Shown here in pieces: positions 45,150 to 56,320 of a stretch of 64,000 nt of DNA. This DNA comes from Paramoeba atlantica (lineage: Eukaryota; Protista; Discosea), in NCBI GenBank assembly GCA_977017575.1, contig CDRNVI010000058.1, forward strand, positions 124,001 through 188,000. The letters run 5' to 3'. The notes beneath the pieces are model-generated. The model made no database searches. It was not told the origin of the DNA and saw nothing but the letters and a program-made list of their open reading frames with translations. A program made the position numbers and the translations under genes. Each line of letters begins with the position of its first letter. Within the stretch, counting starts at the first letter, position 1.

Positions 45150-45768
45150 GTATGCGCTAAATTTCAGAGTGGAAGATTCACGTTTTTCATCATACTGCTA
45201 TACCTTGGTACAGAAACACGGACCAATGATGTTCTTCATCAGGTAGAGCAAGAATTATTGTCCAGGTGGAAGCTACTAGAATAATGTTAGTCCTGGGGAC
45301 ATTTTCGTTTCCTACGCGTTTTAAAGGAAATGATAAGATGATACTTGCAAACTATCTATTTCGCGCTAGGTATGTATGTCTATATATCTACGCGCTAGGT
45401 GTGTAAATTTCAGAAAAGTGAAAGTTTCACGCTTTTCATCATACTGCTATTTTAATGCAGAAACACGGACCAATGACGTTCTTCATCAGGTAGAATAAGA
45501 ATTATTGTCCAGGTGGAGACTACGAGAATAATGTTAGTCCTGAGAAAATTTCGTTCCACAAAAGCCTAAGCACTCTAAAGGAAAAGATAAGATAATACTT
45601 TCGTTTCCTACGCGCTCTAAAGGAAATGATAAGATGATACTTGCAACTATCTACTTCATATGCGCTAGGTGTGTAAATTTCAGAAAAGTGAAAGTTTCAC
45701 GCTTTTCATCATACTGCTCTTTTAATGCAGAAACACGGACCAATGACGTTCTTCATCAGGTAGAATAC
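45150..45768. repeat. Tandem repeat, unit about 250-270 bp, about 2.5 copies
   Basis: gtgtaaatttcagaaaagtgaaagtttcacgc at 45401 and 45671, with a more diverged copy from about 45151. cagaaacacggaccaatga.gttcttcatcaggtaga occurs three times. Confidence 0.9.
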
Positions 45769-46379
45769 TGTGAGGAGTAAAAGATCTATAGTGCAGTGAA
45801 ACACTGTACTCCCCCTCTCATTAATTTTTAATAATATAAATTATAACAAAAATGAAAATTTATACTATCCCCCCCTATTTAATAGGGCTACGTGTCACCC
45901 CCCCCTATAATAGGGCCATTTTTGTCTGGAAGGCCAAAAAAGATTGGTAATAATAATAAATGCCGGTAAGGTGGAATCTCCCAGTTTTGTTCGGATTTCT
46001 GTTAATACCCCCTTGAAACCCTGAGTCCATTTTTTAGAAGACTCTGCATCTTGAAAATACGACGCTGCACGATGATCTTGTATGATGCGCTTGTTATGTT
46101 CTTTGTGAGGAACTTTGGCATGCACACCATCCGTCACCCCCCTCCACAAGAAATGCGCGCGGTGAAGTACACCATCAGCAGATACAAGTATTGTTGATGT
46201 AAATCCGAGACGCGTCCCTGCAAGCTGTATTGGCTTTCCCTTTGATGCACGTACCCATGTCCATTCGCGGTTTGTTTCATCCAGCTTACAGAAAAATTCA
46301 TCCATGTTAAATACGAGTTCTGGGAGAATGTGGGAATTTTATCTCATCATAAAAGGACAAACCAGCCTTCTTCACTGCA

Positions 46380-47120
46380 GGAGGGGAAACCCATGTCTCT
46401 GCCGACGCGGCGAGCGTGATTATGGCCCGGAGCGTTATCCATGATCACTGTTGCCGCTGGTTTACGCTTTAACCAGTTGTAGAAACCATTTCGTTTTGTC
46501 ATGGCAGAGAGAAACGTTTCATTAGTGACCGTCTCATTCTCCGCAAACTCATGAAAACAGTGAACCTTGGGAACCCCCCATTTTCTTCATCTACAATAGA
46601 TTCTAACATTATTCGAAACTCTTCATTATCAATCGCATTCTTACGTATGTATTTTATACGTTCTAACCCTCCTGTCTCCCGGTGGCGTTTAACCCATCGA
46701 GAGACAGTTGCTTCACTGCATTTCATAAGAGCAGCAGTGTCTGTAATCGAACGTCCCTGGTTTTGTACCTCATGGACGCAAATTACACGTGTTTCATGAG
46801 TGATTTGTTGCGTCGAGAGGGTGCGCCTCTGGCGGCGAAGTGTTTTCGGCATAAAAGATGTGTTAGAAAGAGTTAAGTGGTATTTTATTCATAGATTAAT
46901 GCGCTAAAATGATAAAAAATGATAAAAATCCGATTTTTTGCAGAATTTTCGGGTAAAAAATTCAGTAAAATTTTATCATGACGTCATATCAGCTTCAGGA
47001 GCGGCAACAATGGTGCCAGTAGTCTTAAAATTTCGAGATCTGTTGAATGCCGAAGGAATTAGGTCAAAAGCTCGCGCGGTACAAATTTTAGACCCCCCAC
47101 CTTTTTCGTGACCCCCCCTG
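46380..47120 (-). mobile_element. Deleted Tc1-like element of the DD32E family
   Basis: TIR-like end ttttagaccccccacc...cccctg|TA (47120). HTH MKCSEATVSRWVKRHRETG (46852-46499) followed by VIMDNAPGHNHAR. Confidence 0.75.
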
Positions 47121-47587
47121 TAAAGAAGTACTGCTCTATTTGCGACAGAGAGACGTTGTTCAGCGTTCGCTCCAATTCTTCCTGTCTGGATTGCTCTTCA
47201 CGAGGTGATAGTATAACATTATTTTTAGAAGCCTGCCAACATTGTGCTGAAAATTGTGTCCCTGTTGGGAAGAATCTACAATGTATGCTCACAGTGCCAT
47301 GGCGCGCAAAGTCCGGAGACATTTGCACCACCATTAGTGGCCAAACTAAGTGAACGTGGGCTTGACATTGATAGAGTCAAGCGCGTTTGTTGTTCTTATG
47401 TCGGGTGGAACATTTGTGGCTGCACCATGTCGTTCTCCCAGGTGGCGCATATAAATTTATTAAATTAAATTTATTATGCATCATAAAAAATTCTGCTAAG
47501 GCTGGGCCCCGCAAGACGTATCTTCGATCAGCCGAGGCAGTTGCTTTTTGGTTGGGACACGCTCTTCAAGGAAACAGTGCGCGAGAT

Positions 47588-49011
47588 GGCGGATTGTCAA
47601 CACCAACGCACCACTTTTTTTCCCAAAAAATAATTTTCTTGTCATTTCCAGTGCACCACTTTTTCTTAAAAACTGTATTCTCATTTCCAATGCACCATCA
47701 ATTATTTAAAGAAGAATTATTTTATAATATCCTTCGGATCTACACTACAAATGCGCCGTTATTCAAGACTCAGTCATTACGATCGTAATCGTATTCAATC
47801 ACTCTTTACATCTGGCGAGAGTCGGCGAAGCATAGCTCGCATAATTGGCAAAAGTCACAGCACTGTTTGTCGCGAGTTGGCGCGTAATGCAAGAAGGGGT
47901 CAGCGCTATGAGGGGACGAGGGCACAGCGCATTTCGAAAAGACGCCTCTCGTGTAAAAAGGTCAAGCCTCACAAGATACAAGGCCTTTTGGAAGAGGAAG
48001 TCAGCTCTCGACTTCAAAAGAAGCACAGCCCGGAACAGATTGCAAATACGATCCGTAGCTGTCGTACCGCCTCGACTTCTACCATATATCGCCATATTCG
48101 TCGCAACGCGTCCTTAGGCGGCAAGTTGTACACCCATTTGCGGATCCGGCGAAAGAGGCCATACCGTCGTCGCACCAGACCTGATCGCAGCGCGATTCCC
48201 AACCGAACGCCACTTGAAAATCGACCAGAAATTGTTAATAAGCGTCGGCGCTACGGCGATTGGGAAGCAGACTTGGTCGAGGGTCGAGGACATACCGGAT
48301 ATATTCTTACCCTGTGCGAGCGTAAGAGTCGCTTCCTTGTTCTTCGCAAGTTGGAATCTAAGCACGCGAAGGGGGTAAGCAAACAAATTGTAGACGGGTT
48401 AAAGAATTACAAGGTTCAAACAATCACATACGACAACGGAACAGAATTCTGGCACCATGAAGAAGTAAACAAAAAATTAAAATGCAAGTCTTTCTTTTGC
48501 GCTCCATATCATTCGTGGGAGAAAGGGTCTGTGGAACATGCAAACGGTTTGATCCGACAATTCCATCAGAAAACCGAATCTTTTGAGAATTTGAACCAAA
48601 GTGAATTAAACAAAACAGCATTGGAATTGAACACTCGTCCTCGGAAATTATTAAATTATCGTTCTCCAATGGATTTTGTGAATGAACTGCGTAAGTAAAA
48701 GAAGCTAAGTAAGCAAAGGTACGTGAGAAAGCTTGTAAAGTTAGTCTGTTAGTGTTGGAAATTTAATGACATTAAATTTAAGCATTTTGTAAAGGTGAAG
48801 AAATTCTTGTCTAATAAAGTTTCTTACTCAGATCTTACACTTGTATTACACTTTCTTTAAATACTCTGGATAAGTTTTTATGTTGAAAGGAAAAAGGAAC
48901 GATGTTCAACTATGGTGAGGCGCAGAAAAAAGGAATGACGGTCGACTATGGTGAAAAAAGTGGTGCGCTGGAGTTGACAATGGGGTGGTGCACTGGAGTT
49001 GAACATCCGGG
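47588..49011 (+). mobile_element. Complete 1424-bp IS30-family element with imperfect 25-27-bp IRs and a 3-bp GAT TSD
   Basis: GAT|ggcggattgtcaacaccaacgcacc...ggtgcactggagttgaacatccggg|GAT (IRs 18/25 identical). Removing the element and one GAT restores a continuous reading frame. Confidence 0.92.
47751..48698 (+). CDS. Intact IS30-family DDE transposase (315 aa)
   Basis: HTH GKSHSTVCRELARN, HSPEQIA, STIYRHI, GDWEADLV, TITYDNGTEF, APYHSWEKGSVEHANGLIRQF and LNTRPRKLLNY; DD33E spacing. Confidence 0.97.
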   Translation: MRRYSRLSHYDRNRIQSLFTSGESRRSIARIIGKSHSTVCRELARNARRGQRYEGTRAQRISKRRLSCKKVKPHKIQGLLEEEVSSRLQKKHSPEQIANTIRSCRTASTSTIYRHIRRNASLGGKLYTHLRIRRKRPYRRRTRPDRSAIPNRTPLENRPEIVNKRRRYGDWEADLVEGRGHTGYILTLCERKSRFLVLRKLESKHAKGVSKQIVDGLKNYKVQTITYDNGTEFWHHEEVNKKLKCKSFFCAPYHSWEKGSVEHANGLIRQFHQKTESFENLNQSELNKTALELNTRPRKLLNYRSPMDFVNELRK

Positions 49012-49490
49012 GATCTTTCAAAAACATTGCGTCGAATTTGGGAGTCCTATCGAGGACGTGAATCTGAGCTTCGAAAGGAGCAGCGCGATGCCCTTGTAAA
49101 GAAAGTTGAAGAACGCTTGGTTGATAAAATTGATGATTTTAAGATTGTTCGAGAAAAAGTTCACCGCGCTCAATCTTTGATCGAAGATTCTTCACTATCT
49201 GTCGAAGAACTTTTTCAACATCTTAAAGATAAGAAAGTTTTGCGAGAAGAAAAAGAGGTTCTTCTGCGGCACGTTAAGCGTCCCCAACCCCAACCACTTG
49301 CAGAAGGAAAGAAGGAAGAAAAGAAAGGTCGGACACGTATTATTAAGGGAGCACTAAGTCAGAATACATTGAAGTTCTCAGTTTCCTTGAATTAAGTGAA
49401 GTCTTTAAGGTGACGAAAGTTTTATGGAGTTGACCTTATACACGCATGTTCTGTGTTTGTAGCCTAAGTATGTAGATCTGGTAGGAAAGA

Positions 49491-49904
49491 ATGTTTTTTC
49501 GTCGAAACGGAAAATCATATTTCTTTCAATATTTTTTGAGAATGCCTTCTGAACTAATTGTGTGCGGTCTTACAGATGCCACTCTAACCTACCTTGAGCG
49601 CCTCGGGTTTGACAAAGAAGAAATTTTTGCGTCATTTCTTTTCTTGCGGACCGGCGGGAATTATGTAACTGTTTCCGATCATCTAACAGCAAAATTTAAG
49701 CGCGGGTGGAGCGAGAAGTCATGTGCAACCAAAATTCCGGAGTTTTTTCAATCGTTATATAAGGATCTACGTCAAAACTGGCTTGAACCGCGCAATGACA
49801 TTCTCTTTGACAACTCTAATGGAACGGACGGTTTTTTAAGCGACGATGTACGTATGGTGGTTGACACAGTTCCACTTTATGTAGATGCTCTAGATGATTG
49901 CTAG
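49491..49904 (+). mobile_element. PIF/Harbinger/ISL2EU (IS5-like) transposase N-terminal fragment; likely ATG 49542
   Basis: HTH-like DKEEIFASFLFLRTGGNY, then MVVDTVPLYV (compare IIDCTEVFI, first catalytic Asp); truncated. Confidence 0.55.
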
Positions 49905-50665
49905 AAAGAAGTTCAGACCGATCTCTACCCAATATCCCTCGAGCCATGCTTGCAACCAAGGATGCATCAACAGGTTTGTTTAACACATTGTACATCTTAA
50001 TGCCATCTAAAACATCATTCTTTTCTGCATCCGTAAGCATATCTTTTCGGCCACGCTTGCCGGAAGGAGCATGGTCCTTCAAAGCATAGGCACTTCGTTC
50101 AGACATTTTCTTACCGTGCGTTTGATTCCAAATCTGCATGCTAGTCAAAACGGAACAACTCTCACAAAGTGCTTGGAATTCACGTACTTCTTCATCACTC
50201 CACGTATTTCTCTTTGCTTTGCGCGATGAGCGTTTAGCCTCAAGTTCCTCCACAAGATCTGCCACATGCCGTGATACGTAAAAATTGTTTGAGGCAAGCG
50301 TCGACTGCGACGGGGCCATAGCAGGAAAAAGGAATCAAAAATGAAGAGTTTCTCCACAAAAAATAAAAAAATTAATTATTGCACTAATTAAATGTGCAAT
50401 GATTTTTCACCGCAGTAATTATGGATCGGACGGTACCTGTATGCGCTTTGATTTCATTAGATATTTCTTCACTCTGCCATGGTAATGCATCTACAAAGGC
50501 CAAAATTTACCTGGAAGTGTGTGACACGCGAGGCCTTAGAGGAAGGTGGAGGCGCAAGGCAAAAAGGCAGAAGGCGTAGACTTCTGACTTTTTGCCGCGG
50601 CGACGACGACTTCCTCGCGTGGGAAGCTGTAAGAGGTCCTATGGAGCATGTTTCGATGGCTATGT

Positions 50666-50857
50666 AACCCAGGCTAAAGTGGACGAGCGAGATACTAAAG
50701 GCACATTTGGCAAACTACCACAAAACTGGATCAGTATCTCCCGCTAAATTCTTGGGTCACATCAGAATGCTTAACAAACCGGGGGATACCGTTCCAGTTT
50801 TGTGGTAGTTTGCCAAATGTGCCTTTACTATCTCCCTCGTCCACTTTAGCCTGGGTT
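50666..50857. repeat. 192-bp foldback/MITE with 65-bp arms
   Basis: 50666-50730 and 50793-50857 are inverted copies with 2 mismatches. Confidence 0.92.
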
Positions 50858-51544
50858 TATTTATAAAAATTAATGAGAGAGGGTAGGTGGAAGGACGTGA
50901 TACAGCACTTTAGCTGATAGGATGAACCAATTTGTTTCGCTGTAAGGATAGATTGCGGGTAAACAAAGACGATAATTATGAGATGTTAACGATAAATATT
51001 TGCTTAAGCGCCCATAGAGTAATGAACGGAGGGCTAAGGTACAAAAGGCAGATCTTCACTTTCTGGAGAAAATTCTTCCTGTCCCTTCGTCTCCACAAAC
51101 GTGATTATACGCCGATTTCTACGAATTTCTTCTTGATCAGCGATGCGCTGCGGGAAAAAATAAAAGCCAAGCCCCTTGTCCGAAGTGGAGTTCAAAAGTT
51201 TCGAGGACATAGAAATAATGTACTTCAGAAAAATTTGAAAGGGTATGACTCAGAACGAAATTATAAATTTTTGCAGAAATATAAATCTTTGCAAAAAAAT
51301 ACCAAAGGTCATTTATTAAAATTAATGAGAGGGGGAATAGTTCAGTTTTTTTATCGTAAATTGCTATACAAGTAATATCTACTAATACTAAGTAATACAG
51401 TTTATCTTGGCGTATTGATGCACTTCTTAAATCGAAAGGATATCGCGATCAAAAAGCCTAAATGTACGCCTTGCAAAACATCAAGAGTAAAACATGCTCC
51501 TTTGAACCATTTATCTTTAAAAAAAATTACGAAATTTTCCTTTT

Positions 51545-51850
51545 GGGTCATTTTTTTTATCAGGGCCCACGGCTCATAGAAGAGGGAGCCGGGAACTGGC
51601 ACGCGGACTTCGAAATGATACGTACAGTGCCAGGCGCGCTGAACGAGCAGCGAAGAAGTCCATGCTGAAACGCCAGCCGCGCCCATGCATGATTAAAGGA
51701 GAGATTAAAGACAAAGTCGTGTCTCTCCTACGCAGGTGCTTTAGCCCCCAGCAAATTACAGTAGTTTTGCGCAAAGAAGATGGTATTAAAGTATCCCGAA
51801 CGTCAATATACGGGTTTATTAAGCGGGATGATGGTCAACATGGGAACTTG
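51545..51850 (+). mobile_element. IS30-family transposase fragment
   Basis: SRELARGLRNDTYSARRA...IKGEIKDKVVSLLRRCFSPQQITVVLRKEDGIKVSRTSIYGFIKRD parallels the 59634 copy. Confidence 0.85.
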
Positions 51851-52666
51851 GAGAGTTTGAAAACAATTTTCCTAGCTCATCTTTTCTCTCCCGGAAACGG
51901 GCGTATTTTTACTATGTTAATGCCCGTTTCCGGATGGCGCTAGGAGAGGAACTGTCCCTCTTGTCGCAAAGTAGGGGTGCGCCTCCCTTCCCTCATCTCC
52001 CACCACCCCGCTCGGAACACGGTTCCGAGTCCCCATGCGCTGCAGGACCCTTCTACCATACCTTTTGTGGGTCCGTGGGTCCGGACCCACGACCAGGGTC
52101 CGGACCCACGTAACAGCCGTAATACACTCAATATTACACTTAATATTGTATACACTCAAATCTTAATGCCGGTTATTTATAAAACTTTATCAAAAACTTT
52201 TGGGATATATGCTAATTCGCCAGCGATGTTGGTTTTGGAATCATACATGTACCATATGTACTGTATTCTTTAATTCTTTTATTACTTGAAGCTTTGAAAC
52301 CTATTTCTTAGCCAAATCTTATTTGATGGAACATTCTTCGCTTCGTCCGACGAACATTGACTCAAGTCAAGACCTACCGCCGGATCCACGTCGGAGACGA
52401 TTGTCCGGGCGAAAATTCATGACGGAAGATGCCTTCCCACAATACCTCTCTCTCGTGCGATGTGCATCAGATTGTATGTACTCTCACGAAGGCATACCGT
52501 TAAATACCAACGGCTTTGAGCAGCACTACGAGTGCAATCATTGCAAATGGTCCTCGCACGGCAAGTATAAAAATCATTGTCTGGAGCATCGTCGTGCTTG
52601 TCTGGATAAAATTTCTTCGGAGCGAACTTCGGATCTCTGCGACCATGTGTGGATTGTCATACTCAG

Positions 52667-53059
52667 AGGGTTGAAACCTTCCCAGGCGCTCCCAGTGAAA
52701 ACCTATGGAGTCTGCACTTGGAGATTTTGAAAGGGTGGGTGAGATTTCAGCTCAAGGTCGTAAATTTGGGAAAGTAGTAAATGAGGTCGTTGCTCCACTG
52801 GGCAGGATACATGTCCTGTAAGGTCAACGACCCATTATCTCGGCGCATGAAACGCTCCAATGCTTGCCCCTTTAGGCAAAATTTAGTATACCGTACCCAC
52901 TTAGTATACCTACTAGGTATCCTGGAACATGGTATATTTTGCTTTTAAGTGACGAATGTAAGTTATAAGACGTGAGTAGGGAGAATAACATCTGCAAAAA
53001 GTATATGCATTTTAGAGAAAAAAGTACGCTCCCAGGCGCTCCCATCCAGTTTTAACCCT
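52667..53059. mobile_element. About 393-bp non-autonomous element with 11-13-bp TIRs inserted into the IS30 terminal IR
   Basis: CTCAG|agggttgaaac...gttttaaccct|CTCAG. The reconstructed empty site catactcagtgcaac recurs intact at 53116-53130. Internal direct repeat cccaggcgctccc. Confidence 0.75.
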
Positions 53060-53375
53060 CTCAGTGCAACAAAAACGAGAAAAATATGGGTGTGTTCCGG
53101 ATGTCAGGATTTTCGCATACTCAGTGCAACGCTGTTTTTTCGGTCGGACAGCACCACGAACGGACGCGGGATTGTATGAGACATGTTAAGAAAGAAACAA
53201 TCGATTAAGATAAAAATGGATTAAGATAAAAAATTATATAAGGAGAAGAAAAAAGGAGTACCTGGATAATCGATATTGACGGAACAACATAACGCGTTTC
53301 TTTAGTAAAGAGATGAACTTTTCGCCTTTACTGCTTTACAACTTACGGCTATACAACTTACTGCTTTCATGTATA

Positions 53376-56320
53376 CCGTATACCCCCCCCCCCCGTAATA
53401 GAATGGGTTTTGGGCCAAAATGGCCAAATCTCTGTTACTGGGGGGTGTATGCTTTTTTGGGGGAGTAACTTCAGGACACTGGTCCGGACATGGAATTTTG
53501 TCACCATGGTACTCCCCCTCTCATTAATAATTATAATTATAATCTATAAACCTTTTTAGTTTATAATTATAATTATAGTTTATAATTATTAATGAGATTC
53601 GATAAGTGATTTTTTCTTACTATGGACTTCAATTTCTTGATTTTCGAGACACTACGTTCAACTTGGAAGCAATTTTTAGTGCAAAGTATGTGGTACAGGT
53701 GTCTTTGTAGATAAAAAATGATGAATTTGAGGTTTATAATTATAAAAGTGAGACTCAGAATTATAATCTCATTAAATTTCTATAAACGATCCCTTTAATG
53801 ATTTTTGGAGGTTTATAATTATTAATGAGAGGGGGAGTACTATTTTTTCGAAGAAAAAAAAATTCTTTTTCACTCAGTTGTATTCCTTATTAATGATTTT
53901 CTACTATCAATAGTAAAAAATTTTCTTGTCAAATTTTCCTGAGTTGCATGGTGCAAACTATTTGCTCCTGCTGGAAGGGTAGACCCCCAGCCCCTTCGCC
54001 TCTTCTCCATCCCGTCTACTTCTCTCCCTCCCCTTCTTTGCCTTCGCCTTCCGTCTCTTCTTCTCTATCTCCATCCTCTTGTCCCGTCTCCTCCTCTCTC
54101 TCCCCTTCTTCACCTTCGCCTTCCGTCTTTCCTCCTTTATGTTCTTTGCCTTCGCCTTCCGTCTCTCCCTCTCTTTCCCCCCTTGTCCCAGACTCCTCTT
54201 CTCTCTCCCCTTCTGCACCCCCTGTCCCAGACCCCTCTTCTCTCTCCCCTTCCTCTCCCCTCCCGTCTCACGCTCCACGCCATACGTTGGATGCGTACTG
54301 GGCTAAGAGATCACGGAGTATGGAGAGGGAGGTGATCCCAAGGGCTAGTGGGCCCGTAAGTAGTTCAGTATTGGGTTTTGGAGCGAAAGTATTGTGTGTT
54401 CAAGAGGGGATTGTTAGGAGAGGGGGGCATGTTGAAGAACATATAAAACGCAGGATGTATTTTCATACCAGTTTATCAGTCAAATATTCCTGGTTTTGAT
54501 TTCCCTTGTTTATCTACCTCTGTAGAAGAGAAAATGAAAAAAAGACAGGAAGATGAAGAAAGCGTTATTGTGGACATAGAGGCAACAACACAAGTTGCTT
54601 CTTCTGAATCAATAATCGCGAGGAAACAATATACTTATAATGAAAAATTAGATAAAGTGAGACGATACATGGCAGCCCCCTGGGGGCAAAGAGATAAGCT
54701 TGTGAAGGCAAGTGGGGTAAAGTACGGAACAACGGCAAGTTGGATGGCAAATTATGAAGATATAAAGAAGGCTGTACAACGAGGATTTGGCACCCTTACA
54801 AAGTTAATGCCACTCGTAAAATACAAGGAGCTTTTTGAACAAGCCTACAAATACTATTGTACCGCACGTGAAATGTTTTCTGCAGTTCCTATGTATCACA
54901 TACGATTGTACTGCATGCAAAACAGCGAAGAATTTTCAAAATTAAAAGTAAAAGATCAGTATTTTAGGATCGGGGAATTTGAAATGCATTACGGGTTATC
55001 TGCTAGGCGTCGTACAGGCTTAACCCAACTTTTACCTTCTAATTTTCAAGAGAGACATGAGGCTCATTTTCGAGTTGTAGAAAATTCTTTAAAAGACGAG
55101 TGTTTCCCTGAATTTATTATTCTTTTGGATGAGACGGGTGTTTTATGGAACCCTGCTCCTACAACAACTTTAGCTCCAAAGGGTTCGAAATGTGTTCCTA
55201 TTAGAATAAAATACGAGAAAAAACAGTCAACTTGTCTTTTGTGGGTTTCAGAATGTATTAAAAGAAATGAAAAAGGTTACGAAATATTCAATGCAAAATA
55301 TGAGAATCCTTATATTATTTTTGAAGGAAAAAAGGAGTGCCAAAGATCTAATTCAGTGGAGAGTAAGGTAAGGAAGGCTGTTGAACAGAAGCCTACGTAC
55401 GCAGAGGTTAATCAAACGGGGTTTAAAATTCGTTGAAAAAATTCCCAATTGTTATAACAAGAGGGCGTGGCTTATTATGGACAGATTTTCAGCCCACCGC
55501 ACAGAAACAGTTGAAAACGCAATAAGTAATAAGGGATATAAAATTTTTTATATTCCTCCTGGTTGTACTTCTATTCTGCAATTTCAGGATGTTTATGTGA
55601 ACAAACCATTCAAAGATCGTATTAGAAACTTTTACACCAAGCATTGTATTGAGAAAAATAATAATGTAACGAGAGAGCTTGTTGTTCAATGGGTAGTGGA
55701 CGCCCAAGCATCATTAAAATTACAAATGATAGAAAGTGGAATAAAAAAGCTTGTATTAAGAAATTTTGTAGGAGTTGGAGAAGAAACAAATGTCAACCAA
55801 GGGACAGACGCGGATCTTCCGACGGAAGTGCAAGTGGCGCTTTTAGAAGATGAGCCGCAGGATCTGTCCTTGGTTGCCGTTGCAATATCTTTTGCCGAGG
55901 CAGTCCAGCCTGAAGAACATGGCTATGAAAATATAGAAAGTGATTAGCTTGCATAACATTATCGACTTCTATTTTAACTGTCATGACAGTTTTTTAGATG
56001 TCGTATCAACAAACTTCAAGTAACTTTAGTAACTTAGCTTTAGTCTCTCTTTCATCTTCTTTTAGTCTAAGATCTCTTCTAATCATGAGTAAATGCTTTC
56101 GTTTGAGCCACCACCACCCAACCCGTCCAGCGACCCATGACGCCCAGCCTCCCCTGTCACCCCCCCCCCCAACCCCTCACCAAACCACCCCCGACGCCAG
56201 CCTCCCCGGACCGCCCAACCTCTCACCCAGCCATCCCCGACGCCAACCCCCCCAGCCACCCAGCCTTCCGAGCCGAACCTCTGTTACTGGGGGGGGGGGT
56301 GTCTTACTGGGGGTATACGG
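53376..56320 (+). mobile_element. pogo-family (DD35D) transposon with TA TSD; transposase 54534-55947 has one frameshift near 55430
   Basis: TA|ccgtatacccc...gggggtatacgg|TA; RKQYTYNEKL, LLDETG, LIMDRFSAH and IPPGCTSILQFQDVYVNKPFK (35 residues between D and D). Confidence 0.9.
53512..53837. mobile_element. 326-bp Stowaway-like MITE with 25-bp TIRs and TA TSD, nested in the pogo element
   Basis: TA|ctccccctctcattaataattataa...ttataattattaatgagagggggag|TA; same terminus as the element at 45809. Confidence 0.92.

Larger units (their letters stand above)
47490..49395 (+). pseudogene. Orphan coiled-coil ORF interrupted by the IS30 element
   Basis: Reconstructed ...HALQGNSARD|LSKTLRRIWESYRGRESELRKEQ... 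is open for about 160 codons; no ATG recognised. Confidence 0.7.
45809..51337 (-). mobile_element. pogo-like element with Stowaway-like TIRs (CTCCCCCTCTCATTAA) and TA TSD, split by nested insertions
   Basis: TA|ctccccctctcattaattttt at 45809 and attaatgagagggggaa|TA ending at 51337 (an alternative end lies near 50883). CENP-B-like HTH KRGRKDMLTDAEK...PVDASLVASMARGIL (50319-49905) and DDE_1 part ELVFNMDE...LVSADG (46340-45900). Confidence 0.7.

Noticed and set aside
45205-45225. gtacagaaac as a reverse SL core
   Set aside because: Only 10 bp, and the sister repeat units have tgcagaaac, so it is a chance variant.
47588-49011. Bacterial contamination as the explanation for IS30
   Set aside because: TSDs, restored flanking ORFs and nesting with eukaryotic TEs argue for true insertion. 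This cannot be fully excluded without reads.
53050-53070. TTAA-CCCT piggyBac left end
   Set aside because: Better explained as the right TIR of the 393-bp insert; no piggyBac transposase or matching TTAA end.
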